Positions 20,799 through 30,221 of a DNA stretch of 64,000 nucleotides are shown here, in pieces. Location: positions 1,472,001 to 1,536,000 of the forward strand of contig CBDFIQ010000002.1 of assembly GCA_965248195.1 (NCBI GenBank), read 5' to 3'. The first letter of the stretch is position 1. The number at the start of each line of letters is the position of its first letter. This stretch comes from Longimicrobiales bacterium (GTDB taxonomy: Bacteria; Gemmatimonadota; Gemmatimonadetes; Longimicrobiales; Gaopeijiaceae). Below the pieces are notes generated by a model. It had not been told where the DNA came from and searched no databases. It worked only from the letters and a program-made list of their open reading frames with translations. A program made the translations under genes and the position numbers.

Positions 20799-22310
20799 CT
20801 AGGTCCAACAACGGAGATTACCGTCGACGACCTCTGCCGGAAGCTGGCCTTGTCGCCCTTGCCCTCCCCCGCCCGAGGACGCCCGCGAGCGCGGGGCGGT
20901 CGCCCGCGGAGTGCGCGCTCGTGGGGCACTCGCTCGTGGAGCGCTCGACCGGGTTGGCGGAGCCCGCCGGGCGGCCGGAGCCCGAGGCGTCGTGCGGCGG
21001 GGCGCCGGACGCGCTGATGGCTGGGGCGCCCTGCCCCGGTTGTTGGGAGAGGCGGTCCTGGCTTGTGGCGAGCCGGACGCACGAGTCCGTGGGCTGGGGG
21101 CGGGCCGAGTCGCCGGCGCCCGCTCTCGCATAGACATTGAACGAGTTATGCCCCCTGAGCGGGATCGCGCTGTCGGACGAGGTGCTGTGCTAGACGGAGC
21201 TCGGGTGTCCGAACGGCCCGTAGCCGGCGTCGCCGGCCGGGACTGTCGCTCGGGCCTCGCGGACGCCGTCGGTGCGCCCTGTCGCGTTGTGTTGACGGCT
21301 TCACGACCAGAAGACGACGAAGAGCGGCGGGAGGTCGTGGCCGCCCGAGTGGGGGGATAGAGCCGTGTCGGAGTGCCGCGACGGGCACGCAAACCATCCG
21401 TGTGATCCGCACCGCGTCGCGAAACGGCGTCCGAAGGACGCACTCGGGCGGGATTGCCCCGAGCGGAAATACCCCGGTTGCCCCGGACTCTGTTGGATGC
21501 TTCCGCAGGGGTACCGAGCGCCCGAGCCCGCGGGGATTGCTCCCTCACGTTCCTCTGCGAGCTGGATGACCGGGCCCCTCTACTGGAGCGAGACTGCCTG
21601 ACGGCCGTCGAGCCGGACGTGGTCGAGCGGGCGGCGATAGCGCGCCGCACGCTTGTTTGCGGAGACTCCTTGTACAGCGGGGAGGAGCGCACGAGGCGCG
21701 AGCCGCGATAGGCCGGCGCAGGCCGGATCACCGCGGATGCCCTTCTGCTCCCCCCATACCGCACGACACCGTAAGCCGGGTACCCGTAGGCGTAACCGGA
21801 TCCGTAGCCGTGGCCGTACCCGTAGCCGTGGCCGTAGCCGTAATTCGGGTAACCGTACCCGTATGCCGAATAACCGTATCCGTACGTCGGATACCCGTAT
21901 CCGTATGCGTAGTACGGGGACGAATATCCGTAGCCGAAATTGAGCCCGAAGCTCAACGAGAAATGAGTGTGCCTCCGTGAGCCGTAGTAGCCGTACGGAT
22001 CGTAGTACGACGGCCCGCGGCGGCGGTAAGGGTTCAAGGAAACAACAGAATAGTTCTGGCGAATGTGGATGCGGTCGAACTCCCGGGAACAAGCGTACCG
22101 GTAGCGCTCGTAGTAGGTGTAATCCCAGCAGGGATCCTCGTAATAGAAATCGTACCAGGGATCCACAGACGTGTACGATGCGCCGACCCCAAATGCTCCG
22201 AAGCCCGCGGAGACCGAGAAGTTGCTCCAGGAATACTGTCCGGCCGCGGCGCTCGGATGCCAGATGACCGCGAGTCCGATCAGAAAAGCCGTTCGCATCA
22301 GTTTGGCCAC
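20799..22310 (-). CDS. secreted Tyr/Gly-repeat protein with long disordered Arg/Ser/Ala/Pro tail
   Basis: AAGGAGG RBS, signal peptide (..AAAG|Q), YGYG repeats, low-complexity C-terminus. Confidence 0.7.
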   Translation of the reverse strand: MAKLMRTAFLIGLAVIWHPSAAAGQYSWSNFSVSAGFGAFGVGASYTSVDPWYDFYYEDPCWDYTYYERYRYACSREFDRIHIRQNYSVVSLNPYRRRGPSYYDPYGYYGSRRHTHFSLSFGLNFGYGYSSPYYAYGYGYPTYGYGYSAYGYGYPNYGYGHGYGYGHGYGSGYAYGYPAYGVVRYGGSRRASAVIRPAPAYRGSRLVRSSPLYKESPQTSVRRAIAARSTTSGSTAVRQSRSSRGARSSSSQRNVREQSPRARALGTPAEASNRVRGNRGISARGNPARVRPSDAVSRRGADHTDGLRARRGTPTRLYPPTRAATTSRRSSSSSGREAVNTTRQGAPTASARPERQSRPATPATGRSDTRAPSSTAPRPTARSRSGGITRSMSMRERAPATRPAPSPRTRASGSPQARTASPNNRGRAPQPSARPAPRRTTPRAPAARRAPPTRSSAPRASAPRARTPRATAPRSRASSGGGGQGRQGQLPAEVVDGNLRCWT

Positions 22311-22346
22311 GATGTCCTCCTTGGGAGATCCTGCTCCTGCGTGAGT

Positions 22347-22362
22347 TGCATGGGCCGTGCCA
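22347..22362 (-). promoter_or_regulatory. sigma54 promoter
   Basis: The minus strand reads TGGCACGGCCCATGCA (GG-N10-GC, near consensus), 37 bp upstream of the 22310 start. Confidence 0.8.
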
Positions 22363-22900
22363 ACGGACGTCCATCGCCGGAAACTTATATTTGTCGCGGG
22401 TAAACGGCCACCCGGGCCGTTTTAGCCCGAGCCGGCCCGTCCTCGTACGAGGACGGCCTCAGGCCGGTAATGTGACAGGGCAGCGAGGTCGTGGGAGGCG
22501 CGTGAATTGCGGCGCCCTCGGTGAGGCCGCACTCAAGACCCTTGCCCCCGAGAGAGAAAGAGCGGAAATTAGGCTCCACCCAATCGGGTGCCCGGAACGA
22601 AGGTCTTCGATTCAACAGGCCGAACTCGAGTCGTTCCAACGTCGACACCGTTCTCCCATGGCTTCGGCCGTGGGAATTGCCCGTGCAGCGAGAAGTGAGT
22701 CCGGGCTCAGACGATGGACGAGATGCCCCAGGACTTCCGGGGCAGGATCCTTTTCGGCCTGAAAATATCGGTGGCCGATCCCACCGCTTCGACGTTGCAT
22801 ACGTCGCGGCGGGAAGAGAGGCCGACTTCTCTCGTTCCTTTCGTAGGCAGCGGATTCAGGCCCGCCAAGCAAGTGGGCCCACATAAGGAAACCCAACACA

Positions 22901-24532
22901 GTGGACGGTAACTCACCCAACGATGGGCGGGGGCAGGACGACCCGCGCGATCAAGAACAGCACGGTCCGGCCGATTCGCACGACCCGGCCGATTCGCACG
23001 GCTCGGCCGATTCGCATGGCTCGGCCGATTCGCACGGCCCAGATGAGCCTCAGGTTGCGACCGGAGTGAAAGGGTCCGACGAAACGGGGAGTTCGGATCA
23101 GGAGACGGGGTCCGACACCACGGACGATTCGAGCCGTCGGCAGGACGCGGCGGGGAACCAGGGCGGCTCCCGCGATTCGAGGGCTTCCGGTCGCCGGGGA
23201 GGTGGCAGGTCACGCCAGGGCCAGGGGCAAAGCCAGAGCCGAAATAGCCGGCAAGGTAAGGGTGGCCAAAGGAATCGAGGAGGGCGGGGCCAGAGGCGCC
23301 AACGCGCTCAGGAGGGCGGCGCCGACCGCCAGGAAGGCAACCGCCAAGACGATGCCCGCTACGACGAGGTCGAGCTGACGAGTCCGGACTCGAGCTCCGT
23401 CGAGTTGCTCGGCATCCTGGACGTTCTGGGCAGTGGTTCCGGCTTCATTCGACGCCGGGAGGCGGGCTATACCCCCAGCAACGAGGACATCTACGTCGGG
23501 GCGAAAGTCATTCAGAAGTTCGGGCTTCGAACGGGCGATGAGCTCAGCGGGTCCGTAGGCCGAAAACCCAAGAGCGGAAAAAGTCCGCCCCTCACCCACC
23601 TTGCGCTCGTCAACGCGAATCCCCCGGAGGACGCGAAGAGACGGCCTGAATTCAACCGTCTCAGCGCGGTGCATCCGAGCGAGCAGCTGATTCTGGCGTG
23701 TGATCGTGAGGTCGCTGGGCAGCCTGACTACACCAACCGCGTGATCGACTTGTTCTGTCCCTTCGGTAAGGGCCAAAGGGCCATGATCGTTTCGCCGTCT
23801 AAGGCCGGTAAGACCACCGTGCTTCAGTCGGTCGCCGAAGGGATCGTCACGAACAATCCGGAATGCCGTCTCATGATTCTCCTCGCCGACGAGCGGCCGG
23901 AGGAAATCACGGACATGGAGATGTGCGGCTTCGGAGAGGTGATCGCCTCCAGCTTCGATCGGCCCGCGGAACGCCATTGCCAGGTCGCTGAGATGACACT
24001 GGAGCGGGCCCGGCGCTACGTCGAAAGCGGGGAGGACGTCGTTATCATCCTCGACTCCATCACCCGGCTGGCCCGGGCCTACAATACCGTGGAAGAGGGA
24101 AGTGGCCGCACGCTGTCCGGTGGTCTGGACGCGAACTCGCTCGAAAAGCCCAAGCGGTTCATCGGGAGCGCGAGGAAGATCGATCCTCGGCAGGGCGGGG
24201 GGTCCCTCACCATTATAGCCACCGCGCTGGTGGATACAGGGTCGCGTATGGACCAGGTCATCTTCGAGGAGTTCAAGGGCACGGGAAACAGCGAGTTGGT
24301 CCTGAGCCGGGAGCTGGCGGATAAGAGACTCTTCCCGGCCATCGACCTCAACCAATCGGCCACGCGGAAGGAGGAGCTCCTCCTCGAACCCGATGCCCTT
24401 GCGGTGTCACGGGCCATGCGGAGGCAGTTGGCCGACGTGGCGCCAGCGGACGCGATGAACGAGTTGCTGGGGGTGATGCGGAGCACCCGCACCAACGAAG
24501 GCCTTGTGGCGATTGCCAGTCAGAAGATGTAG
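22901..24532 (+). CDS. rho: transcription termination factor Rho with ~155-aa disordered N-terminal extension
   Basis: GFIRR..DIYV (RNA-binding OB fold), GKGQR..SPSKAGKT, DERPEE, LDSITRLARAYN and IFEEFKGTGN. Confidence 0.95.
   Translation: MDGNSPNDGRGQDDPRDQEQHGPADSHDPADSHGSADSHGSADSHGPDEPQVATGVKGSDETGSSDQETGSDTTDDSSRRQDAAGNQGGSRDSRASGRRGGGRSRQGQGQSQSRNSRQGKGGQRNRGGRGQRRQRAQEGGADRQEGNRQDDARYDEVELTSPDSSSVELLGILDVLGSGSGFIRRREAGYTPSNEDIYVGAKVIQKFGLRTGDELSGSVGRKPKSGKSPPLTHLALVNANPPEDAKRRPEFNRLSAVHPSEQLILACDREVAGQPDYTNRVIDLFCPFGKGQRAMIVSPSKAGKTTVLQSVAEGIVTNNPECRLMILLADERPEEITDMEMCGFGEVIASSFDRPAERHCQVAEMTLERARRYVESGEDVVIILDSITRLARAYNTVEEGSGRTLSGGLDANSLEKPKRFIGSARKIDPRQGGGSLTIIATALVDTGSRMDQVIFEEFKGTGNSELVLSRELADKRLFPAIDLNQSATRKEELLLEPDALAVSRAMRRQLADVAPADAMNELLGVMRSTRTNEGLVAIASQKM
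22967..23038 (+). repeat. 18-bp tandem repeat x4 (ADSH[DG][PS]) in the rho N-terminus
   Basis: CGGCCGATTCGCA core repeated four times at 18-bp spacing. Confidence 0.9.
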
Positions 24533-25029
24533 CCCAGCTTTTCCAAGCCCTCCGCAAGCTGCGCTCCCTGTGACTTGGCCATGCCTCGGGCCACGTAGCC
24601 CATCAGCGGATTGGGCCCGAAGTCGCCCTCTTCCCGCCAGGTCACCCGGCTCGCTCCCCCGACAGCCTGGATCCTGAGTTCGCCTGTAACCGAAGCGCCA
24701 CCTTCGACCTCCACCTCGTAACGCACGAACGTCGGCGATCCACTGCCGGTGATGGTCACCGAGCCGGACCCGAAATTCGGATCGTCCCAGGCCCGGGATG
24801 CGCCGACACCGCGGGAGGGGTCACTCAGCTCCGAATCGATGTCCCCCCAGTTGGTCCACGTATCCCATCGGCTCAGGTCGTTCAGGAAGGGGAAAACCTC
24901 TGTCGGCGCAGCCTCGATTTGGATCGACGCCTCTGCCGCCCACGTGCCGGGAAGCACGAGACCGATCAGCATGAGGGTGACGAGGACTGCGCCGATGCCA
25001 CCGAACACCTTTGCGAGGGGAGCCATCAT
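24520..25029 (-). CDS. SRPBCC (START-like / polyketide cyclase) family protein
   Basis: N-terminal TM, then IEAAPTEVFPFLNDLSRWDTW, GVGA..W and the C-terminal GLEKL helix. Confidence 0.8.
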   Translation of the reverse strand: MMAPLAKVFGGIGAVLVTLMLIGLVLPGTWAAEASIQIEAAPTEVFPFLNDLSRWDTWTNWGDIDSELSDPSRGVGASRAWDDPNFGSGSVTITGSGSPTFVRYEVEVEGGASVTGELRIQAVGGASRVTWREEGDFGPNPLMGYVARGMAKSQGAQLAEGLEKLGYIF

Positions 25030-25790
25030 AGGCCGGTCGCCTGCTCCGTGTTGAGGTCATCGAGAATGGGACGAAGGTGCTCCCAGACGGTTTGGGCGAT
25101 CATGCGATGGCCCTCCGGTGTGGGATGAATGCCGTCGGTCTGGTTCAGTTCGGGGAAGCCGGCCACCCCCTCGAGCAGAAACGGGATCAGGGTGCCGCCA
25201 TTCGTGCTTGCGAGCTCGGAAAAGACGGACGAAAACGCCGAGGCATACGTCTGGCCCAGATTGGGAGGAGCTTGCATTCCCGAGAGCAGCAGGCGAGCCT
25301 CGGGATAATGGGTACGGGTGCTGTCGATGACCGCCTGGAGGTTGGCCTTCATCGAGTCGGGCGATAGCCCTCGAAGGCCGTCATTGGCTCCCAGCTCGAG
25401 CACCAACACCTGAACGGGAGCCCGCAGAAACCAGCTGATCGTCGCAGGCCCTCCCGCGCTGGTGATTCCACTGACTCCGGCGTTGACCATCCGGAAGGGA
25501 AGCCCGGCGGAGTCTGCCAGAACCTGAATGCGATCCGTGAAGCGGCTCGCCGGATCGGCCAGACCCAAGCCAGCGGTCAGGCTCGTGCCCAGGAAGACCA
25601 CGCGGCTCCCCAGGTCTGCCCGCTGAGCGGGATCCAGCCCGGTCGACGGGGCGTTGCCCCCAGAGCGTAACGGTGCGGTGTCCCCCGCGTTTGAACCTTC
25701 CTGGCGCCCGGAGCGTACCACGTCCGAGTCACCACCCGAGCCGCACGCGGCCTGGGTGAGCCCGACCACCATAATCCCGACAGCTGCCAT
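25026..25790 (-). CDS. tesA: GDSL/SGNH arylesterase lipoprotein (TesA-like)
   Basis: FLGTSLTAG, NAGVSG, ELGANDGLRG and DGIHP motifs, lipobox-like QAAC, divergent from ybbA/ybbP-like genes. Confidence 0.85.
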   Translation of the reverse strand: MAAVGIMVVGLTQAACGSGGDSDVVRSGRQEGSNAGDTAPLRSGGNAPSTGLDPAQRADLGSRVVFLGTSLTAGLGLADPASRFTDRIQVLADSAGLPFRMVNAGVSGITSAGGPATISWFLRAPVQVLVLELGANDGLRGLSPDSMKANLQAVIDSTRTHYPEARLLLSGMQAPPNLGQTYASAFSSVFSELASTNGGTLIPFLLEGVAGFPELNQTDGIHPTPEGHRMIAQTVWEHLRPILDDLNTEQATGL

Positions 25791-26535
25791 GATTCGCGCC
25801 GAGGGTCTGTCAAAGGAATACATGAGTGGGGGTCAGCCCCTTCGCGTGTTGGACCGGGTCGATCTCCACGTGGAGCCGGAGAGCTTCGTGGCGGTGGTCG
25901 GCCCTTCGGGCAGCGGCAAGACCACCCTGTTGGGTCTCCTCGCCGGACTCGACGAGCCCACGGAGGGCACGGTAACCGTAGCCGGTGAAAATCTCCAGGC
26001 TCTTACCGAAGACGGTCGGGCGAGGTTTCGCGCAAACAACGTAGGGTTCGTATTCCAGACCTTCCATCTGCTACCTACGCTTACCGCTCTCGAGAACGTG
26101 ATGGTGCCCCTGGAGCTTCGTGACCTCGTTGCGCACGAGAACGGACGCTCTGTTCGCCAGAGGGCGACGGCGCTGCTGGAGCGGGTGGGATTAGGGGGCC
26201 GTGCGGGCCACTATCCCTCGCAGCTCTCGGGGGGTGAGCAGCAGCGGGTCGCCCTCGCGCGGGCCTTTGCGAACGAGCCGAGGATTCTGTTCGCGGATGA
26301 ACCGACCGGCAACCTGGACCGAAAGACGGGGCAGCGTGTGGTGGAACTGATGGAGGAAATCAACCAGGAGCTCAAGACTACGTTGGTGTTGGTCACACAC
26401 GACCTCGATCTCGCCGCGCGCGCGTATCGGACGATCTCTCTGGAGGATGGACGGATCGTTTCCGATGAGGCGAGACGGTCCGACGCCGAAGACCAACCGT
26501 CTGGACTCTCCGATGGGGGCGGGCTCGCACAATGA
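25789..26535 (+). CDS. ybbA: ABC transporter ATP-binding protein (YbbA-like)
   Basis: GPSGSGKT, LSGGEQQRV and ADEPTGNLD. The start is refined to MIRAEGL. Confidence 0.9.
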   Translation: MIRAEGLSKEYMSGGQPLRVLDRVDLHVEPESFVAVVGPSGSGKTTLLGLLAGLDEPTEGTVTVAGENLQALTEDGRARFRANNVGFVFQTFHLLPTLTALENVMVPLELRDLVAHENGRSVRQRATALLERVGLGGRAGHYPSQLSGGEQQRVALARAFANEPRILFADEPTGNLDRKTGQRVVELMEEINQELKTTLVLVTHDLDLAARAYRTISLEDGRIVSDEARRSDAEDQPSGLSDGGGLAQ

Positions 26536-29129
26536 TCCGCAGCTTCGCGGCTCGCCTCGCATGGCGTGAGGGCCGGGCGGCGTACCGGCGCCTCTCTGTT
26601 TTCGTGAGTTCGATTGCGCTGGGTGTCGGGTCGCTCGTGGCGATCCACTCCTTTCGGGCCGACGTGCAGCGTTCGCTCGGAGATCAGGCCCGCGCTCTCC
26701 TCGGGGCAGATGTGCGGGTTTCGTCCAGGCGGGAGTTTCCTGAGGCGTTTGACGCGGTGCTGGATTCCATGGCCGGCCAAGGGAGGGATGTCGCGCGCAC
26801 GACCACCCTCGCGTCGATGGTGCTCGACACCCGAAGCCAGGGGGTGCGGCTCTTCCAGATTCAAGGCGTGGATGCCGGCTACCCGTATTACGGAGAGTTT
26901 ACGCCCACACCTGACGCGGCATGGACGGAGATCCACGAGGGTCCCTGGGCCGTCGCCGACCCGGCCGTCTTCATCCAACTCGACGCGGCCGTAGGTGACA
27001 CCCTGCTGATCGGGGAGGCTCGGTTCGTTCTCAGGGGTGGAGTCACCGGGTTGCCCACCGATGTAGGGTTCCAGTCGGCGATCGGTCCGCGCGTTTATAT
27101 CTCCCGCGACCGGCTATCCTCGACCGGCTTGCTCACCTTCGGATCCATCGTCCGCTATCACGCCAACTTCAGGATGCCTGAGCGCGAAGACCGAGCCCAG
27201 TTTCGGGATCGCAACCGCGAACTTCTAGAAGTGAACCAGCTCCGGTACACGACCGCCGGTGGGCGCGCTCGGGAAATGAGCTCGGCCGTGGAGGACGTTT
27301 CGCGCTACCTGGGCCTCTTGGGCCTGGCGGCGCTCTTCCTCGGAGGGATCGGGGTGGCCAGCGCGATCCACGTGTATATTCGCGAAAAAGTGGTCACGAT
27401 TGCCGTTCTGCGTTGTTTGGGGGCGCTCCAGCGGACCCTCTTCACCGCCTACCTCCTTCAGGCCGCCGGTCTTGCGCTCATCGGGTCCGTCCTCGGGGTC
27501 GGATTGGGGATGGCGGTCCAGCGGGGGCTGCCGCTGGTGCTCACCGGCCTGTTGCCGGTGGGGGTCACGACGCAGGTGTCCTGGCTCGCCCTCGGGGCGG
27601 GTGTCGCTCTCGGTGTCTGGGTGGCGATCATGTTCGCGCTGGGCCCCCTTCTGGAGGTTCGGGGCGTCTCCCCGCTCATCGCACTCAGGCACCACTTCGA
27701 GCCGCCCAAACGCACCGACGCCTTGCGGGTCGCCGCCTTCGTGTTGCTTGCAGTCACGTTGGTGGGCCTCACGGTTCTGGAGGCGCCCTCGGATGAGGGG
27801 ATCGGTTTCGCGATCGTGCTGGGGGGTGTGGCGCTCGCGCTATGGGCGACCGCACGGGTGCTGATCTTGGCCACGAAGCGGTTCTTCCCGCACGGGATGT
27901 CCTACCCGGTACGGCAGGGGGTGAGCAACCTCTTCCGTCCGCGGAATCAAACCGTATCGGTGACGCTGGCTCTGGGCTTCGGCGCGTTCGTCATTGGAAC
28001 GGTGGGGCTGGTCGAGGCCAGCCTCACTCAGGCGTTTACGCTCGAGGCGGGCGCCGGCAGATGGAACCTTCTGCTTTTCGACGTCCAGTCGGACCAGCGT
28101 GAGACCGTGGAGGACTTCCTCGACTCACGTGCATCCGGGCCTCTCGAGGTGACGCCGCTGGTGCCGTCCCAACTGTTGGCGATCAACGGGATCCCGGTCG
28201 AGACCCTCCTGGAGGCACCCCGTGGTGAGCGACCCCGATCCTGGGCCATGCGGCGACAATACCGACACACATACCGGGCCGAACTCACGAGCTCCGAGGC
28301 CTTGGTCGCAGGTGCTTGGTGGGACACACCGGCCGTGTTTGAGGGCGAGGAAGGGGCCGGCAGCGATGGGACCGGTGACGAGCTAGCCGGCGACGAGGGG
28401 GCCGGTGTGGCGAGGATCTCCATGGAGGCGGATCTGGCCGAGAGCCTCCGTGTCGGGCTCGGCGACCGCATTACGTGGGACTTCGCGGGGGTGCCGATCG
28501 AGTCGCGGATCACGAGCCTGCGGTCCGTGGATTGGGCCCGTTTTCAGACCAATTTTTACGTGGTCTTCGAACCCGGAACGTTGGAGGAGGCTCCGCAAAC
28601 GGCGGTTGTTTTGGCCCTTGTCGAGGGAGAGCAGGAGCGAGCTGAAATGCAGCGGGATCTCGTTCTTCGCTTCGCAAACGTCTCGGTTTTGGACCTCTCG
28701 CGACTTCAGCAGACGATCGATGAGATTCTCCAGCGGGCCAATCAGGGGATCCGTTTCTTGGGTGTGTTCAGCACGGTTGCAGGCGTCCTGGTGCTGATCG
28801 GGGCGCTGTCGACGTCGCGTTACCAAAGGATGCGCGAGAGCGCTCTGCTCAAGACGCTGGGGGCCAGACGGGGGGTGGTGCTCAAGATTCTCACCGTCGA
28901 GTACGCGGTGCTGGGCTCGCTGGCGACCGCCGCGGGACTAGTCCTGGCCATTTTTGCTGGATGGCTGATGACGTGGACAGTGTTCGAGGTTCCGTTCCGG
29001 CTGGACCTCGCCCGAATTGGAGCCGTATGGCTGTGGGTTACCGGGGTGACCCTCGTCGTAGGTCTGATCGGGAGCCGAGGTGTGATCTCCCGCCCGCCAC
29101 TGGCCGTGCTGCGGGAGGTCGCGGGGTAG
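26532..29129 (+). CDS. ybbP: ABC transporter permease, double FtsX/MacB-type (YbbP-like)
   Basis: LAWREGR, LLGAD, IAVLRCLGA, FDVQSDQ, SLRSVDW..FQTNF and ALLKTLGA motifs. Confidence 0.9.
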   Translation: MIRSFAARLAWREGRAAYRRLSVFVSSIALGVGSLVAIHSFRADVQRSLGDQARALLGADVRVSSRREFPEAFDAVLDSMAGQGRDVARTTTLASMVLDTRSQGVRLFQIQGVDAGYPYYGEFTPTPDAAWTEIHEGPWAVADPAVFIQLDAAVGDTLLIGEARFVLRGGVTGLPTDVGFQSAIGPRVYISRDRLSSTGLLTFGSIVRYHANFRMPEREDRAQFRDRNRELLEVNQLRYTTAGGRAREMSSAVEDVSRYLGLLGLAALFLGGIGVASAIHVYIREKVVTIAVLRCLGALQRTLFTAYLLQAAGLALIGSVLGVGLGMAVQRGLPLVLTGLLPVGVTTQVSWLALGAGVALGVWVAIMFALGPLLEVRGVSPLIALRHHFEPPKRTDALRVAAFVLLAVTLVGLTVLEAPSDEGIGFAIVLGGVALALWATARVLILATKRFFPHGMSYPVRQGVSNLFRPRNQTVSVTLALGFGAFVIGTVGLVEASLTQAFTLEAGAGRWNLLLFDVQSDQRETVEDFLDSRASGPLEVTPLVPSQLLAINGIPVETLLEAPRGERPRSWAMRRQYRHTYRAELTSSEALVAGAWWDTPAVFEGEEGAGSDGTGDELAGDEGAGVARISMEADLAESLRVGLGDRITWDFAGVPIESRITSLRSVDWARFQTNFYVVFEPGTLEEAPQTAVVLALVEGEQERAEMQRDLVLRFANVSVLDLSRLQQTIDEILQRANQGIRFLGVFSTVAGVLVLIGALSTSRYQRMRESALLKTLGARRGVVLKILTVEYAVLGSLATAAGLVLAIFAGWLMTWTVFEVPFRLDLARIGAVWLWVTGVTLVVGLIGSRGVISRPPLAVLREVAG

Positions 29130-29167
29130 CCGCCGGTACGGAGCGCCGCCTCGGCGGACTGAGCCGG

Positions 29168-30112
29168 CTAGCCCAGCAACGGTTCGATGAGTGCGACCAG
29201 TTCCTCGTGGCTCAAGTCGCCCGGGTTGTAGCGCTGAACGATGCCATCGCGATCGACGAGGACGAGCGTTGGCGTCGTACTGACGCCGAAGTTGAGGAAA
29301 TTGTCGGTGCTAATCGGTACACCCATCCACGGCGGGATCGGATATAGCGCCTTGTAGTCGCCGTTCATATACGCCAGCTCCTCCTCGGGCGTCGCGGTCT
29401 GCCCGCGGGAGATGTAACCATAGAGCTGGGTTGGACCGACGATGACCAGACCCCGGTCATGATATTCTTCGTACAGTTCCCTCAGCACCGGCTCCTGCCG
29501 CTTGCAGTCCGGGCACCAATGGGCCCAGAAGAAGAACAGCACGACTTTGCCTCTCAGCTCATCCGGCGTCGGTGGCGGTGAACCGAGGTAGTCGTCGACC
29601 TCGAGAGCAGGAAACGGCTTCCCCTCCAAGCTGAGCAAGAGGAAGTTCTTCTGAATTCGAGTTTCGATCGACGTGCCCGCAAACTCCCGCCGTGCGGCAC
29701 TCAGAAAAGTGACAGCCCGGGCGCGGTCTCCTTGGGCGTCGTACGTGTGACCCAGCACCTCTATCCCGGCCCCAAGAGCCGTGGGCAAGAAACGCTCTGC
29801 GTCGAGCGGCCGCTCTTTCATCAATTCGAGGCTACCCTCGTACGCTTCGCTCGCATACCGCTCCGCGACGTCCCACCGCTCCGCGAAGCTCGCCCCACGC
29901 GCCAGCCAAGAGACCGCGGCGAGCCATTCTGCGGTCGGCTGCTCGCCATCGACCCGTCTCGCCTCGAGGATGTCTCTGGCCCTATCGACTTCCTCCGCCC
30001 AAGCCAGATCGCTCATTTCCGACACTAGGCCGCGCGATTGGCCGAACAGGGCTGACGGCGAGACCAGGCAGATCAGCAGGAACGGTATGGGCAAAGCTTT
30101 GGACTGTCTCAT
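29168..30112 (-). CDS. exported TlpA-family thiol-disulfide oxidoreductase with helical N-terminal domain
   Basis: Signal peptide, GKVVLFFFWAHWCPDC and TPTLVLVDRDG. Confidence 0.88.
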   Translation of the reverse strand: MRQSKALPIPFLLICLVSPSALFGQSRGLVSEMSDLAWAEEVDRARDILEARRVDGEQPTAEWLAAVSWLARGASFAERWDVAERYASEAYEGSLELMKERPLDAERFLPTALGAGIEVLGHTYDAQGDRARAVTFLSAARREFAGTSIETRIQKNFLLLSLEGKPFPALEVDDYLGSPPPTPDELRGKVVLFFFWAHWCPDCKRQEPVLRELYEEYHDRGLVIVGPTQLYGYISRGQTATPEEELAYMNGDYKALYPIPPWMGVPISTDNFLNFGVSTTPTLVLVDRDGIVQRYNPGDLSHEELVALIEPLLG

Positions 30113-30128
30113 GGGCGCTCTCCAATCG

Positions 30129-30179
30129 GTTACCGTACGCACCTAGTTACCGTACGCACCCAGTTACCGTACGCACCTC
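30129..30179. repeat. 17-bp tandem repeat x3 immediately upstream of the TlpA-like gene
   Basis: GTTACCGTACGCACC(TA/CA/TC) three times in tandem, without spacers. Confidence 0.92.
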
Positions 30180-30221
30180 GGTCCCGGAGGTCAACGCCGA
30201 CCCGCAGTTGGAGCAGTCGTA

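Noticed and set aside
30129..30179. CRISPR array
   Set aside because: The units are 17 bp and directly adjacent, with no spacers and no cas genes.
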